NCBI GenBank assembly: GCA_021778295.1
Contig: JAJYCP010000004.1
Span: 1 to 37,703 of the forward strand
DNA: 37,703 bases
Reading direction: 5' to 3'
DNA from: a bacterium
Lineage (GTDB): Bacteria > Patescibacteriota > Minisyncoccia > Phycocordibacterales > Phycocordibacteraceae
Shown here: positions 8,036-17,105 of the stretch, in pieces
Position numbering within the stretch: position 1 is the first letter of the stretch
Layout: each line of letters begins with the position of its first letter
Translations under genes and position numbers: made by a program
The notes under the pieces: generated by a model
Databases searched by the model: none
The model's input: the letters and a program-made list of their open reading frames with translations, nothing else
What the model was told of the DNA's origin: nothing

Positions 8036-8907
8036 CGAAAAAATTAAATTGCGATCAGCACCTCCTTTCCCTTCCCTGGAGCGACTACGAACTTCTCGAT
8101 TCCGGCGATTCCATGAAGCTTGAGCGCTTCGGCGCTATCGTCGTCGCCCGCCCCGAAACACAAGCGCTCTGGAAAAAAGAGCGGCCCGAGCTTTGGGAGA
8201 AGGCGGACGCCGTGTTCGCGTTCCACGAGAAAAAGGGCGCGTGGGATATCAAGAAGTCCGTGCCCGAGTCCTGGGAACTCTCGTGGGGTCCTACGCGCTT
8301 CTCTGCACGCCTTACCGGCTTCAAACACACCGGCGTGTTTCCGGAACAAGAACCGAACTGGCTCTGGTCAAGAACACAGATCGAGAAGATCGAGAGGCCG
8401 AACATTCTGAATTTATTCGGATACACCGGCATCGCTTCTCTGGTCGCGGCGGGCGCAGGTGCATTCGTCACGCACGTCGACGCCTCGAAGCAGTCGCTTG
8501 ACTGGGCGTGCACAAACGCACGGCTCTCGAATATTCCCGAGGATAAAATTCGCTGGGTACTTGACGACGCCCTCGCGTTTGCAAAGCGTGAAGCGCGACG
8601 CGGCGCTTCCTACGATGGCATCATTCTCGATCCGCCTGCGTTTGGCCGCGGCGCAAAAGGCGAAGTCTGGAAGATAGAAGAAGATCTTCCGATCCTGCTT
8701 GAAACGCTGAAAGACCTGCTTTCAGACAAGCCCGGTTCTTTCTTCCTTATAAACGGCTATGCCGCCGGCTATGCGCCGCGCTCTTTTGCGCAGGCTCTCG
8801 AGAGCGTTTTCGGCAATGTACAGGGGGAATGCGGTGAATTGCATATCCAGGAGACGCAGTCGAAGCGCGTTATCCCTTCCGGTATCTACGTACGTTTCGT
8901 GCGGTAA
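8032..8907 (+). CDS. Class I SAM-dependent methyltransferase (RlmI/RlmK-like)
   Basis: YELLDSG..KLERFG, HTGVFPEQ, LNLFGYTG, HVDASK and ILDPPAFGRG motifs; ATGA overlap with the upstream gene. Confidence 0.85.
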   Translation: MTKKLNCDQHLLSLPWSDYELLDSGDSMKLERFGAIVVARPETQALWKKERPELWEKADAVFAFHEKKGAWDIKKSVPESWELSWGPTRFSARLTGFKHTGVFPEQEPNWLWSRTQIEKIERPNILNLFGYTGIASLVAAGAGAFVTHVDASKQSLDWACTNARLSNIPEDKIRWVLDDALAFAKREARRGASYDGIILDPPAFGRGAKGEVWKIEEDLPILLETLKDLLSDKPGSFFLINGYAAGYAPRSFAQALESVFGNVQGECGELHIQETQSKRVIPSGIYVRFVR

Positions 8908-8916
8908 ACTGTCTCT

Positions 8917-9780
8917 ATGCACCACCAGCAGACCGTCATCCTCTATCACGGCAAATGCCCCGACGGTTTCGGCGGTGCCTATGCGGCATGGAAGAAGTTC
9001 GGCGACGCGGCTGAATACATTCCTATGCAGTATGGCAAGCCGATTCCGGAGCACATGGCCGGCCGCGATATCTACTTCATTGATTTCTGCTATGACCGAG
9101 AACGCATGAATCAGCTCGTGTCCATTGCTAAATCAATTACCGTGCTTGACCATCACGAAGGTGTCCGGGAAGTCGCAACTGCCTTCCCGGGAGTCTTTGA
9201 CCCGAGTCGTTCCGGTGCGGCCATCGCGTGGGAATATTTTCATCCGAATGTCCCGGGGCCTTTTCTTTTTGAATACATTGAAGATTATGATCTCTATCGT
9301 TTTTCGCTCCCCGACACGAAAGCGCTGAATGCCTACCTCACGCTCGAACCGTACGAATTCGAGCGCTGGGATGAGATCGTTTCCTCTCTTGAGGATCCGG
9401 AGCGGCGAGCCAAGATTATTGAACGGGGGAGAATATACGCTGAACATACCGATGCCCTCATTCAGCACATCGCCGCAAGCGCGGATTTGGTTGAGTTCGA
9501 AGGCCACACCTGTTACCTCTCGGGTACCGTACTCCAGGCGTTCACTGACTATCTCGGACATGAGCTTGCAAGAAAACAGCCGCCCTTTGCGCTCATGGTG
9601 CGTCCGGCTGCGGATGGGTTGCGCGTTTCTCTGCGGAGCGTCGATGATTTCGACGTCGCAGTGCTTGCGCGCAAATACGGCGGTAACGGACACCCGGCTG
9701 CTGCGGCATTTCGCATACCGTGGGGCGATCCGATTCCCTGGAAGCCGGTCGAGAAAAAAGATGAAGATCCTCGCGATTGA
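8917..9780 (+). CDS. DHH/DHHA1-family phosphoesterase (nanoRNase-like)
   Basis: YHGKCPDG, IDF, LDHH and GGNGHPAAA motifs. Confidence 0.85.
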   Translation: MHHQQTVILYHGKCPDGFGGAYAAWKKFGDAAEYIPMQYGKPIPEHMAGRDIYFIDFCYDRERMNQLVSIAKSITVLDHHEGVREVATAFPGVFDPSRSGAAIAWEYFHPNVPGPFLFEYIEDYDLYRFSLPDTKALNAYLTLEPYEFERWDEIVSSLEDPERRAKIIERGRIYAEHTDALIQHIAASADLVEFEGHTCYLSGTVLQAFTDYLGHELARKQPPFALMVRPAADGLRVSLRSVDDFDVAVLARKYGGNGHPAAAAFRIPWGDPIPWKPVEKKDEDPRD

Positions 9781-10963
9781 AACGAGCTGCGACGAGACGG
9801 CAATCGCCATACTAAAAGCCGAGGGCGATGAGAAGGCGGCGCAGTTCACCGTACTCGGGAACGCGCTCCTCTCGCAGATAGATATTCATCGGGAATACGG
9901 CGGCGTCTTCCCCGCTCTCGCCAAGCGCGAACACGCAAAGAATCTCGTGCCGATTCTCGAGGCGGCGCTTGAGGAAGCGGAACTCCTGCATGAAGATACG
10001 CAGGCGATACCGGAAGAAACGCGCGCCAAAATTTCAGAAATTTTGGCGCGCGAGAGCGGCCTCGCCGAAGCGTTTTTCGAATTCGTCGGCGAGTGCGAGC
10101 CGCCGCCCATTGACGCCATTGCGGTCACGTCGGGCCCCGGGCTTGAGCCGGCGCTCTGGGTCGGTATCAATTTCGCCAAAGCGCTTGCGCTTCTCTGGGA
10201 GAAACCGCTCGTCGCGGTCAATCATATGGAGGGGCATATTTTCACCGCACTTGCGGCAGAAAAGCGTCTGCAGGATGCGGAAGGCACTCCTCTGCATATC
10301 AAGGATGTTTCCATGCCGGTGCTTGCGCTCCTTATCTCAGGTGGACATACGGAACTTGTCGTCATGAAAAAGTGGCTCGAGTACGAACTCGTCGGGCAGA
10401 CGCGCGACGATGCGGTCGGCGAAGCGTTCGACAAAGTCGCTCGCATGCTCTCCCTCCCCTACCCGGGCGGGCCGGAGATATCGCGTCTTGCCGAATCTCT
10501 TCGTTCCTCACTTGGCGGTTTCACCGCCAAGTACTCGTTGCCACGACCGATGCTCAACGACGCGACGTGCGACTTTTCCTTTTCAGGATTGAAAACCGCC
10601 GTACTGTATCTCTTGAAGAAAAACCCCGCGATGAGCGAGCACGAGAAACAGCATCTCGCCCACGAATTCGAGAATGCGGTGACCGAAGTCCTCTGGGAAA
10701 AGACGTCGCGCGCGCTTGAAAAAACGCGGGCAAAAACACTCACTCTAGGCGGCGGCGTCTCGGCAAACAAACATATCCGCCGCACTTTTACGGAAAAAAT
10801 AAAAAACGAATATCCTGATGTGACGCTCCGCATCCCTTCCGCCGCACTCACCACCGACAACGCCATCATGATCGCGCTTGCCGGCTTCTATCGCACGCTC
10901 CGGGGCGACTTCCCCGGATTGGATGCCCTATCGGCAAACGGCAACCGTACGCTCGCCCCGTGA
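9761..10963 (+). CDS. tsaD: tRNA N6-threonylcarbamoyladenosine transferase TsaD
   Basis: ILAIETSCDET, VNHMEGH, SGGHT, TRDDAVGEAFDK, FSFSGLKT and TDNAIMIA motifs; overlaps the DHH gene by 20 nt. Confidence 0.95.
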   Translation: MKILAIETSCDETAIAILKAEGDEKAAQFTVLGNALLSQIDIHREYGGVFPALAKREHAKNLVPILEAALEEAELLHEDTQAIPEETRAKISEILARESGLAEAFFEFVGECEPPPIDAIAVTSGPGLEPALWVGINFAKALALLWEKPLVAVNHMEGHIFTALAAEKRLQDAEGTPLHIKDVSMPVLALLISGGHTELVVMKKWLEYELVGQTRDDAVGEAFDKVARMLSLPYPGGPEISRLAESLRSSLGGFTAKYSLPRPMLNDATCDFSFSGLKTAVLYLLKKNPAMSEHEKQHLAHEFENAVTEVLWEKTSRALEKTRAKTLTLGGGVSANKHIRRTFTEKIKNEYPDVTLRIPSAALTTDNAIMIALAGFYRTLRGDFPGLDALSANGNRTLAP

Positions 10964-11030
10964 GATACCCGCAGAGGTCTTCCTCGCGAGACGAGCAGAT
11001 CCGCCTTATTTTTGCTATATTTTACAGGCA

Positions 11031-13154
11031 ATGCCCGATAAGTTCTTAATCCCGTACGATCCGACCGCAACCGAAAAACGCTTGTATGAAGCGTGGGAAG
11101 CGAGCGGCTTTTTTAATCCGGACAACCTGCCGGACGACGGGAAGCCTTTTACCATCGTCATGCCGCCTCCGAACGCGAATGGATCGCTTCATGCCGGACA
11201 CGCACTTTTCATTACGCTTGAAGACATACTGATCCGTTTCAAGCGCATGCAGGGATATAAAGCGCTCTGGCTCCCCGGCGCCGACCATGCAGGCTTCGAG
11301 ACGCAGGTGGTATACGAGAAGAAGCTTGAAAAGGAAGGCCGCTCGCGCTTCCAGATGGAAGCGAAGGATCTCTATAACGAGATTTACGCGTTTACCCTAT
11401 CGAATAAAGCGCACATGGAGGGACAAATACGGCGGATGGGCGCTTCATGCGACTGGTCGCGCGAGAAATTCACGCTTGACGAGGCGGTCGTGCGCGAAGT
11501 GCAAAAAACATTTCTAAAAATGTTTGCGGACAATCTTGTCTATCGCGGGAACCGAATCGTGAATTGGTGTCCGAAACATCAGACATCGCTCTCGGACGTC
11601 GAGACGACGAGCATCGAAGAGACCGCGCCGCTTTACTATTTCAAATACGGGCCGTTTACCATCGCGACGGCGAGGCCGGAAACGAAATTCGGCGATAAGT
11701 ACGTCGTCATGCACCCGGATGATACGCGGTATGCGCAGTGGAAAGAGGGCGACACTCTCGAGGTGGAGTGGATTAACGGGCCTATTACCGCAACCGTCAT
11801 TAAAGACACCGCGATCGATATGGAATTCGGCACGGGCGTCATGACCATCACGCCCTGGCACGATGCGATCGACTTCGAAATCGCAAAACGACATGCGCTT
11901 CCGTACGAGCAGATCATCGACTGGCGGGGCAAGCTGCTCCCGGTCGCCGGAGAATTCGCCGGCATGAAGATACTCGATGCGCGTCCGAAGATCGTCGAAA
12001 AACTCGCGGCAAAAGGCCTGGTCGAAAAAATAGACGAGGCGTATCGGCATGTCGCAAAGCATTGTTACAAATGCAACGCATTTATCGAACCGCATGTACG
12101 AGATCAATGGTTCGTGAAGATGGCCCCGCTCGCACAGATGGCAATTGAAGCGGTAAATGCCGGCAGCGTACGGTTTGTTCCCGATAATTATGAGAAGATA
12201 TTCCGCTACTGGATGGAGAATACGCTTGACTGGAATATTTCACGGCAGATCGTATGGGGAATTCCCATTCCGGCATGGTTTCGCCATCGCGGCACCGCCA
12301 CCGAGGAGTCGGTCGTGTCACTTGAAAAACCGGAGGGCGAAGGATGGGAGCCGGACACCGATACGTTTGATACCTGGTTCTCCTCCGGACAATGGCCGCT
12401 CATTATGACGGGATTCCCGGACGGAAAGGATTACGCGACCTATTACCCTACGGATGTCATGGAAACCGGGCACGATCTTATCTTTAAATGGGTGCCGCGC
12501 ATGGTTATTTTCGGTCTGTATCTCGGGAAGAAGGTCCCGTTCCATACCGTTTACCTTCACGGACTCGTAAACGATTCTCAGGGGAAAAAGATGAGCAAGT
12601 CAAAAGGAAACGTCGTGAATCCACTCGATCTTACGGATAGATACGGGACTGATGCATTGCGTATGGCGCTTGTCGTCGGCAACACTCCCGGCACCAACCT
12701 TGCGCTTTCTGAAGACAAGGTACGGGGCTACAAACATTTTGCGAACAAGCTCTGGAACATCGCGCGCTTCGTGTTGGAGCATACGGGCGAAGCGGATATG
12801 AAGACACCGCTTGCGGCACCCGACGCGGCGCTGCGCAAAAAAGCGGAAGACCTCCTCGCGGAAGTAACGAAGGACATCGAGGAGTATCGCATCTACCTAG
12901 CGGCCGAAAAACTCTATCACTACGTTTGGCATGAGTTTGCCGACAAGATACTCGAGGACTCCAAAGAGATCCTCCAAAGCTCCGATGACGAAGCGAAAGC
13001 ATCGCGACGAGCGTTCCTCGTCCATACGCTTGACGCATTCCTGCGTGCGCTCCATCCTTTCATGCCCTTTCTCACCGAAGAAATCTGGCAATCCATGCCG
13101 ACTAAAGACGCCGAGTTCCTCATGGTGGCACACTGGCCCGAAACGACAGGGTGA
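11031..13154 (+). CDS. valS: Valine--tRNA ligase (short form, 707 aa)
   Basis: PPPNANGSLHAGH, GADHAG, DWNISRQIVWG, DTWFSS and KMSKSKGN motifs. Confidence 0.95.
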   Translation: MPDKFLIPYDPTATEKRLYEAWEASGFFNPDNLPDDGKPFTIVMPPPNANGSLHAGHALFITLEDILIRFKRMQGYKALWLPGADHAGFETQVVYEKKLEKEGRSRFQMEAKDLYNEIYAFTLSNKAHMEGQIRRMGASCDWSREKFTLDEAVVREVQKTFLKMFADNLVYRGNRIVNWCPKHQTSLSDVETTSIEETAPLYYFKYGPFTIATARPETKFGDKYVVMHPDDTRYAQWKEGDTLEVEWINGPITATVIKDTAIDMEFGTGVMTITPWHDAIDFEIAKRHALPYEQIIDWRGKLLPVAGEFAGMKILDARPKIVEKLAAKGLVEKIDEAYRHVAKHCYKCNAFIEPHVRDQWFVKMAPLAQMAIEAVNAGSVRFVPDNYEKIFRYWMENTLDWNISRQIVWGIPIPAWFRHRGTATEESVVSLEKPEGEGWEPDTDTFDTWFSSGQWPLIMTGFPDGKDYATYYPTDVMETGHDLIFKWVPRMVIFGLYLGKKVPFHTVYLHGLVNDSQGKKMSKSKGNVVNPLDLTDRYGTDALRMALVVGNTPGTNLALSEDKVRGYKHFANKLWNIARFVLEHTGEADMKTPLAAPDAALRKKAEDLLAEVTKDIEEYRIYLAAEKLYHYVWHEFADKILEDSKEILQSSDDEAKASRRAFLVHTLDAFLRALHPFMPFLTEEIWQSMPTKDAEFLMVAHWPETTG

Positions 13155-13171
13155 TGGGGTAGAATGGAACG

Positions 13172-13876
13172 GTGACCCTCACCACGCTCGGCTATGCGTT
13201 TCTCGGCGGACTTTTGCCGTCCCTCATCTGGCTCTATTTTCTTCTCAAGGAGGATGCGCGCTGTCCGGAACCGCGTACGCTGATAGCACTTGCGTTTGTC
13301 GCGGGTATGGCGGCAGTACCGCTTGCGCTCCCCTTGGAACAATACGCGCTGACGCACCTGACCGGTGCTCTTTCGATTTATGTCGCCTGGGCGACCATCG
13401 AGGAACTGCTCAAATACGGCATGGCGGCTTCGTTCATTCTTTGGCGCCGCGCAGTCGACGAGGCGCCTGATTATGTCATATATATGATTACCGTAGCGCT
13501 TGGCTTTGCGGCCGCGGAAAACATGCTTTTCCTCCTTGCCCCGCTCTCGGGCGGGCATTTCACCGCCGGTCTGCGCACTGACGACCTACGTTTTCTCGGA
13601 TCAACGTTACTGCACGTCATTGCCTCCGCAGCGATCGGTTTTGCGCTTGCCTTCTCCGCCGCGAAAGGTCCGGGGGTACGGGTTGTGGCAGCGGCATCCG
13701 GACTTATCCTCGCCATCGCGTTGCACACCGCCTTTAACATGCTTATCATAAACGGAGGCGCTTCGACCGCACTTGCCGCCTTCTTCCTTGTCTGGATGGT
13801 TGCAGTCGTTTTCTTCGCGGCATTCGAGGTGCTAAAATATTTTCAGTACCGTAACACCCCTAATAATACTTGCTAA
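13172..13876 (+). CDS. PrsW-family intramembrane glutamic/metalloprotease
   Basis: Multi-TM protein with EELLK, GFAAAEN and two conserved His. Confidence 0.85.
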   Translation: MTLTTLGYAFLGGLLPSLIWLYFLLKEDARCPEPRTLIALAFVAGMAAVPLALPLEQYALTHLTGALSIYVAWATIEELLKYGMAASFILWRRAVDEAPDYVIYMITVALGFAAAENMLFLLAPLSGGHFTAGLRTDDLRFLGSTLLHVIASAAIGFALAFSAAKGPGVRVVAAASGLILAIALHTAFNMLIINGGASTALAAFFLVWMVAVVFFAAFEVLKYFQYRNTPNNTC

Positions 13877-13879
13877 GAT

Positions 13880-14392
13880 ATGAACATGAAGCGTACGTTT
13901 TTTGAGCGTCTCTCCGGCGGCCCTCCGGTCGGGAATGATGCTTTCGATTCCTTTGATGATGAACTGCCCGGAGCGACGATACCGGCGCGCAAGGAGATAC
14001 GGATGCACACCAGCGGGGTATCGGCCGCTCCTTCGCCGCTTGATGACGATCGTCCGGAAGGGAAAGGGCAGCTTCCGGTCGACGTGCATCAGACTGCAAG
14101 CGATATCATCATCCGCGCCTTTGTCGCAGGCGTGCGTCCCGATGAACTCAATATTTCCATAAGCCGCGACATGGTTGAACTCGAGGGATCACGCATGGAA
14201 CGCGAGCAAGTCGCCGCTCCCGATTATTTCACCCGCGAGCTTTTTTGGGGCGCATTCTCGCGCACGATCCTCCTCCCGCAGGAAATAGACGTCGAAGCGT
14301 CCTCTGCGAGCGCCAAGGATGGCCTTTTGACCATTATTCTTCCGAAACTTGATAAAGCACGCCAAACGAAATTACGCGTAAAAGCCGGGTAG
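13880..14392 (+). CDS. Hsp20/alpha-crystallin small heat-shock protein
   Basis: LPVDVHQT, ELFWGAFSRTILLP and KDGLLTIILPK motifs; the start may be ATG 13886. Confidence 0.9.
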   Translation: MNMKRTFFERLSGGPPVGNDAFDSFDDELPGATIPARKEIRMHTSGVSAAPSPLDDDRPEGKGQLPVDVHQTASDIIIRAFVAGVRPDELNISISRDMVELEGSRMEREQVAAPDYFTRELFWGAFSRTILLPQEIDVEASSASAKDGLLTIILPKLDKARQTKLRVKAG

Positions 14393-14396
14393 GAGC

Positions 14397-15482
14397 TTAT
14401 TTCAATGTGATAGTTTCGAGTGTGGGTGCGGATGTTTCCTGTGTGACTATAAAAGGTAGGTAGGCGATGAGGCGTCCGTCGGCGGTCTCTATGTTGACAC
14501 GCCACTTCCCCGCCGCAGCGATAGGTACTGTAGAATACCCGCGATAACCGCCATCGCGACCGCCGACAATCGGATAAGGGATGACCGCTTTCGTCACCCA
14601 TTGTCCCGTAGCCGGGTCATACCACTGCCAACGGTGCACGATGGTGGTGGTGAGCGTCGTTGGCGCAAAAACGGCGCTATACGCGTAGAGCGACTCGCCC
14701 AGAGTAATGTGCAAGGTCGGTGGAAAGCCGAGGAAACGTACTTGCCAGGGCTCTTGCTCGTCTGCGGCGAGATATGCGCCCGGGACGCGCCATACGGCAT
14801 GATAGATGCCTCCCGCCTCCGCAGAGAGCGGAAGCGGCGGCAGGATATTGGTGAAATACGATACGTTGATAATGATGATCACGAGAAGCGCACCGATGCG
14901 GATATGCCGCACATCGGCAAGATAACGCTCACGCCCGAGGATGCGGAGCAGAATGGTGAAAAACGCAAAGAGTACGATTGCAACGGCTCCGCTCTCGAGA
15001 AAAGTCAGCGTTCCCATGGTGCCGGTGTAAATCGGCACGGAAAATATCGCATAAGAATAGAGCGCAAAGAAGAAAAGGATGGTCGTGAAGACAAGTCGGT
15101 CATGGTAGTGGTGGAAATATTCGCTACCGATAAGGAGCGCGACGAGAAGAAGCATGAAAGGCCATGATGCGGGAAGAACTGCCGAGCGGCCATAAAAGAT
15201 GAAAAAACCGCTCCAGAAACCGCCGAGTGCGAATTGCGTCGCGATGGGGAGCAGTGCGCGGGCGCGTGGGCGCGGGATACCGCGCGCCGCGCGCGCTTCA
15301 ATCCAGTGCAGAAGCGGTATGGTGAAGAAACAAACGGCAGTGTAGACGGCGAAAACCGCTTGAGTTCGCCAGAGATCGACGCGGCCGAAGAACAGGTTAT
15401 CGACGATGAAACCGGCAACCATCGCGGCGGCCGAAAGATGACGCTCGTATTTTTGCATCCATGCAAAAGACTTCTGGAACAT
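14397..15482 (-). CDS. DUF2914-domain membrane protein
   Basis: N-terminal TM helices; C-terminal AVFAP...HRWQ...GGRDGGYRGYS...GKWRV. Confidence 0.75.
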   Translation of the reverse strand: MFQKSFAWMQKYERHLSAAAMVAGFIVDNLFFGRVDLWRTQAVFAVYTAVCFFTIPLLHWIEARAARGIPRPRARALLPIATQFALGGFWSGFFIFYGRSAVLPASWPFMLLLVALLIGSEYFHHYHDRLVFTTILFFFALYSYAIFSVPIYTGTMGTLTFLESGAVAIVLFAFFTILLRILGRERYLADVRHIRIGALLVIIIINVSYFTNILPPLPLSAEAGGIYHAVWRVPGAYLAADEQEPWQVRFLGFPPTLHITLGESLYAYSAVFAPTTLTTTIVHRWQWYDPATGQWVTKAVIPYPIVGGRDGGYRGYSTVPIAAAGKWRVNIETADGRLIAYLPFIVTQETSAPTLETITLK

Positions 15483-15486
15483 GCGG

Positions 15487-15559
15487 TGCTTGGAGTCGGG
15501 CTCGAACCGACGACCCCCGCCTCTTCAGGGCGATGCTCTACCAACTGAGCTATCCAAGC
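15487..15559 (-). tRNA. tRNA-Phe(GAA)
   Basis: GCTTGGA/TCCAAGC stem, loop CTGAAGA; CCA not encoded. Confidence 0.95.
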
Positions 15560-15563
15560 GTTA

Positions 15564-15860
15564 TTAGAGGGCCGGCGACCCCGCTTTGAACGAGTTTATC
15601 AGCTTTTGGAGCTCAGCGGTAGTCGGGAGACCAAAAAGTCCGGAGGAGGTGGTGGTGCCGGGTGTTGCAGAAAATTTACTGACAATCGGCTGCAGATACT
15701 GCTGGTATAGGTAGAGCGGCAGAAGAAGCACGATGATCCAGATGATGATCTTCCCCACAAAACCGAACCATTGATCGCGTCGGATTGCGCGGAGTATGCG
15801 ATGGTTCTCTCTTGCAAGCGCATGCGTCTCTTCAAGCAGCCGTTTTAACTCCGGATCCAT
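15564..15860 (-). CDS. Small single-TM hypothetical protein
   Basis: 98 aa; coiled N-terminus (LLEETHALARENHRIL) and one TM helix; TGcTATACT just upstream. Confidence 0.7.
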   Translation of the reverse strand: MDPELKRLLEETHALARENHRILRAIRRDQWFGFVGKIIIWIIVLLLPLYLYQQYLQPIVSKFSATPGTTTSSGLFGLPTTAELQKLINSFKAGSPAL

Positions 15861-15896
15861 ACTGCTCTAGTATAGCAAGTGCTGATTGCCCATGTG

Positions 15897-15968
15897 TGCC
15901 CCCTCCAGGAGTCGAACCTGAATCAGCTCGTTAGGAGTGAGCCGTTCTATCCATTGAACTAAGGGGGC
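15897..15968 (-). tRNA. tRNA-Arg(CCT)
   Basis: GCCCCCT/AGGGGGC stem, loop CTCCTAA; CCA not encoded. Confidence 0.93.
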
Positions 15969-16029
15969 GATACGGAATGAGCGTAACACAACGCGCGCGG
16001 CAGAGCCGCGCGCGTTGTGTATTTGCACC

Positions 16030-16272
16030 TTATGCCGAAACGCCAAGCGTCGAAGCGATCCGCTCCTTATCGAAACCAATGATCATCTCGTTACCGATGA
16101 AAATGACCGGGACGCCCATTTGGCCGGACTTTTGGATCATCTCCTGGCGCTTGCCGAGATCGTGCGCAACGTCAAAATCGGTGTAGCTGATGCTCTTTTC
16201 CTTGAGAAAATCCTTGGTCATCTGGCAAAAATGACAAGTCGGCGTGCTGTAAATGGTGACGGTTTTATCCAT
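16030..16272 (-). CDS. Glutaredoxin/NrdH-like redoxin
   Basis: YSTPTCHFC (CxxC), GVPVI and IIGFD motifs. Confidence 0.9.
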   Translation of the reverse strand: MDKTVTIYSTPTCHFCQMTKDFLKEKSISYTDFDVAHDLGKRQEMIQKSGQMGVPVIFIGNEMIIGFDKERIASTLGVSA

Positions 16273-16315
16273 ATTTATTTTTATTTCGTTATGGGAGCAA
16301 GTATACCATGCAAAG

Positions 16316-16324
16316 TTATCCACA
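16316..16324 (+). promoter_or_regulatory. Consensus DnaA box TTATCCACA in the glutaredoxin promoter region
   Basis: Exact match to TTATNCACA near a minus-strand TGgTATACT extended -10. Confidence 0.4.
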
Positions 16325-16350
16325 GAAATATCTGTGCCTCTCCCCACCCC

Positions 16351-16568
16351 TAGAACCCGTCTTAAGCCCCCGCGAGGCGTATGCGGCAGAAAGGAGTACG
16401 CCGTCTTTTTCTGCTCAAAAAGCGGCTCGCGCTCGCGCCGTTACCACAGAGGGTACTTCCACGTTTCTAACTCGCTCCGCTCATAAGAAACTTTAGGTCG
16501 CGCGCTCCGTAAGCCTCTTTCTGCCGCATACGCCTCGCGGGGGAGGTGGGGGGTTTGAAATGGTTTTA
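16351..16568. mobile_element. Palindromic MITE/REP-like non-coding element, copy 2
   Basis: Perfect 27-bp inner IR 16367..16393 / 16517..16543; ends TAGAACC... / ...GGTTTTA; homologous to 405..620. Confidence 0.75.
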
Positions 16569-16580
16569 GTTGTGAACTAG

Positions 16581-16612
16581 AGCAAAACCGCCACGTATGT
16601 GGCGGTTTTGCT
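16581..16612. terminator. Intrinsic terminator hairpin
   Basis: AGCAAAACCGCCAC-GTAT-GTGGCGGTTTTGCT downstream of the 110-aa gene. Confidence 0.75.
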
Positions 16613-16648
16613 TTGCGAACTCATTTCCCTCGATGCAAACAGAGAGAT

Positions 16649-16981
16649 TTAGCGCTCCGAAGTCGAATCCGTCCCCGCCGCGTCCTGATGTCCGCTCTGG
16701 ATATCCGGTGTGCCCGGCGCCTCCGGAGCATCCTTCGGTTCACTGCTCTTTGCTTCGATCGCGTCGGATCCCGTCCCCGCGGCATCCTGATATCCGGTTT
16801 GAACATTAAGGCCGCCCGGAGCCTCAAGCGTGCTTGTTTCAACACCGGTTATTTGAGCGGGAGCACTGACGATCGGAGCGGCCGGCGTCTGCGCAAATGC
16901 CTGCGCCCCGATGGAGGCAACGCCGCCGACAGCGACTGCGCCTCCGGTAAACAGAGCGAGTGCTTTTTTAGAGATATTCAT
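16649..16981 (-). CDS. Small secreted acidic low-complexity protein with two internal repeats
   Basis: Signal peptide ending AFA-Q; repeats EAPGGLNVQTGYQDAAG and EAPGTPDIQSGHQDAAG. Confidence 0.75.
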   Translation of the reverse strand: MNISKKALALFTGGAVAVGGVASIGAQAFAQTPAAPIVSAPAQITGVETSTLEAPGGLNVQTGYQDAAGTGSDAIEAKSSEPKDAPEAPGTPDIQSGHQDAAGTDSTSER

Positions 16982-17105
16982 GTTGTTTTTATTATGGATG
17001 AATAATGTGCCTCGCGAGTGTCACTGCTTTGCGTGAGCAAATAGGTTTTGTGACTCACCTGAGCGCGAGATAGGCGGAGCGTACATGCCGTGCATGAAAT
17101 GACGG

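Noticed and set aside
9329-9760. 544-aa TsaD with a long N-terminal extension
   Set aside because: The extension overlaps the DHH gene out of frame; the canonical start MKILAIETS is at 9761
10964-11030. T-box leader upstream of valS
   Set aside because: The gap is only 67 nt, there is no T-box consensus, and a -10 box sits right before the ATG
16316-16340. Replication origin
   Set aside because: Only one consensus DnaA box, with no box cluster or dnaA/dnaN nearby
17020-17060. c-di-GMP-I riboswitch (ACGCAAAGC resemblance on the minus strand)
   Set aside because: The GGCAAACC element, GNRA-capped stem and receptor hairpin are missing
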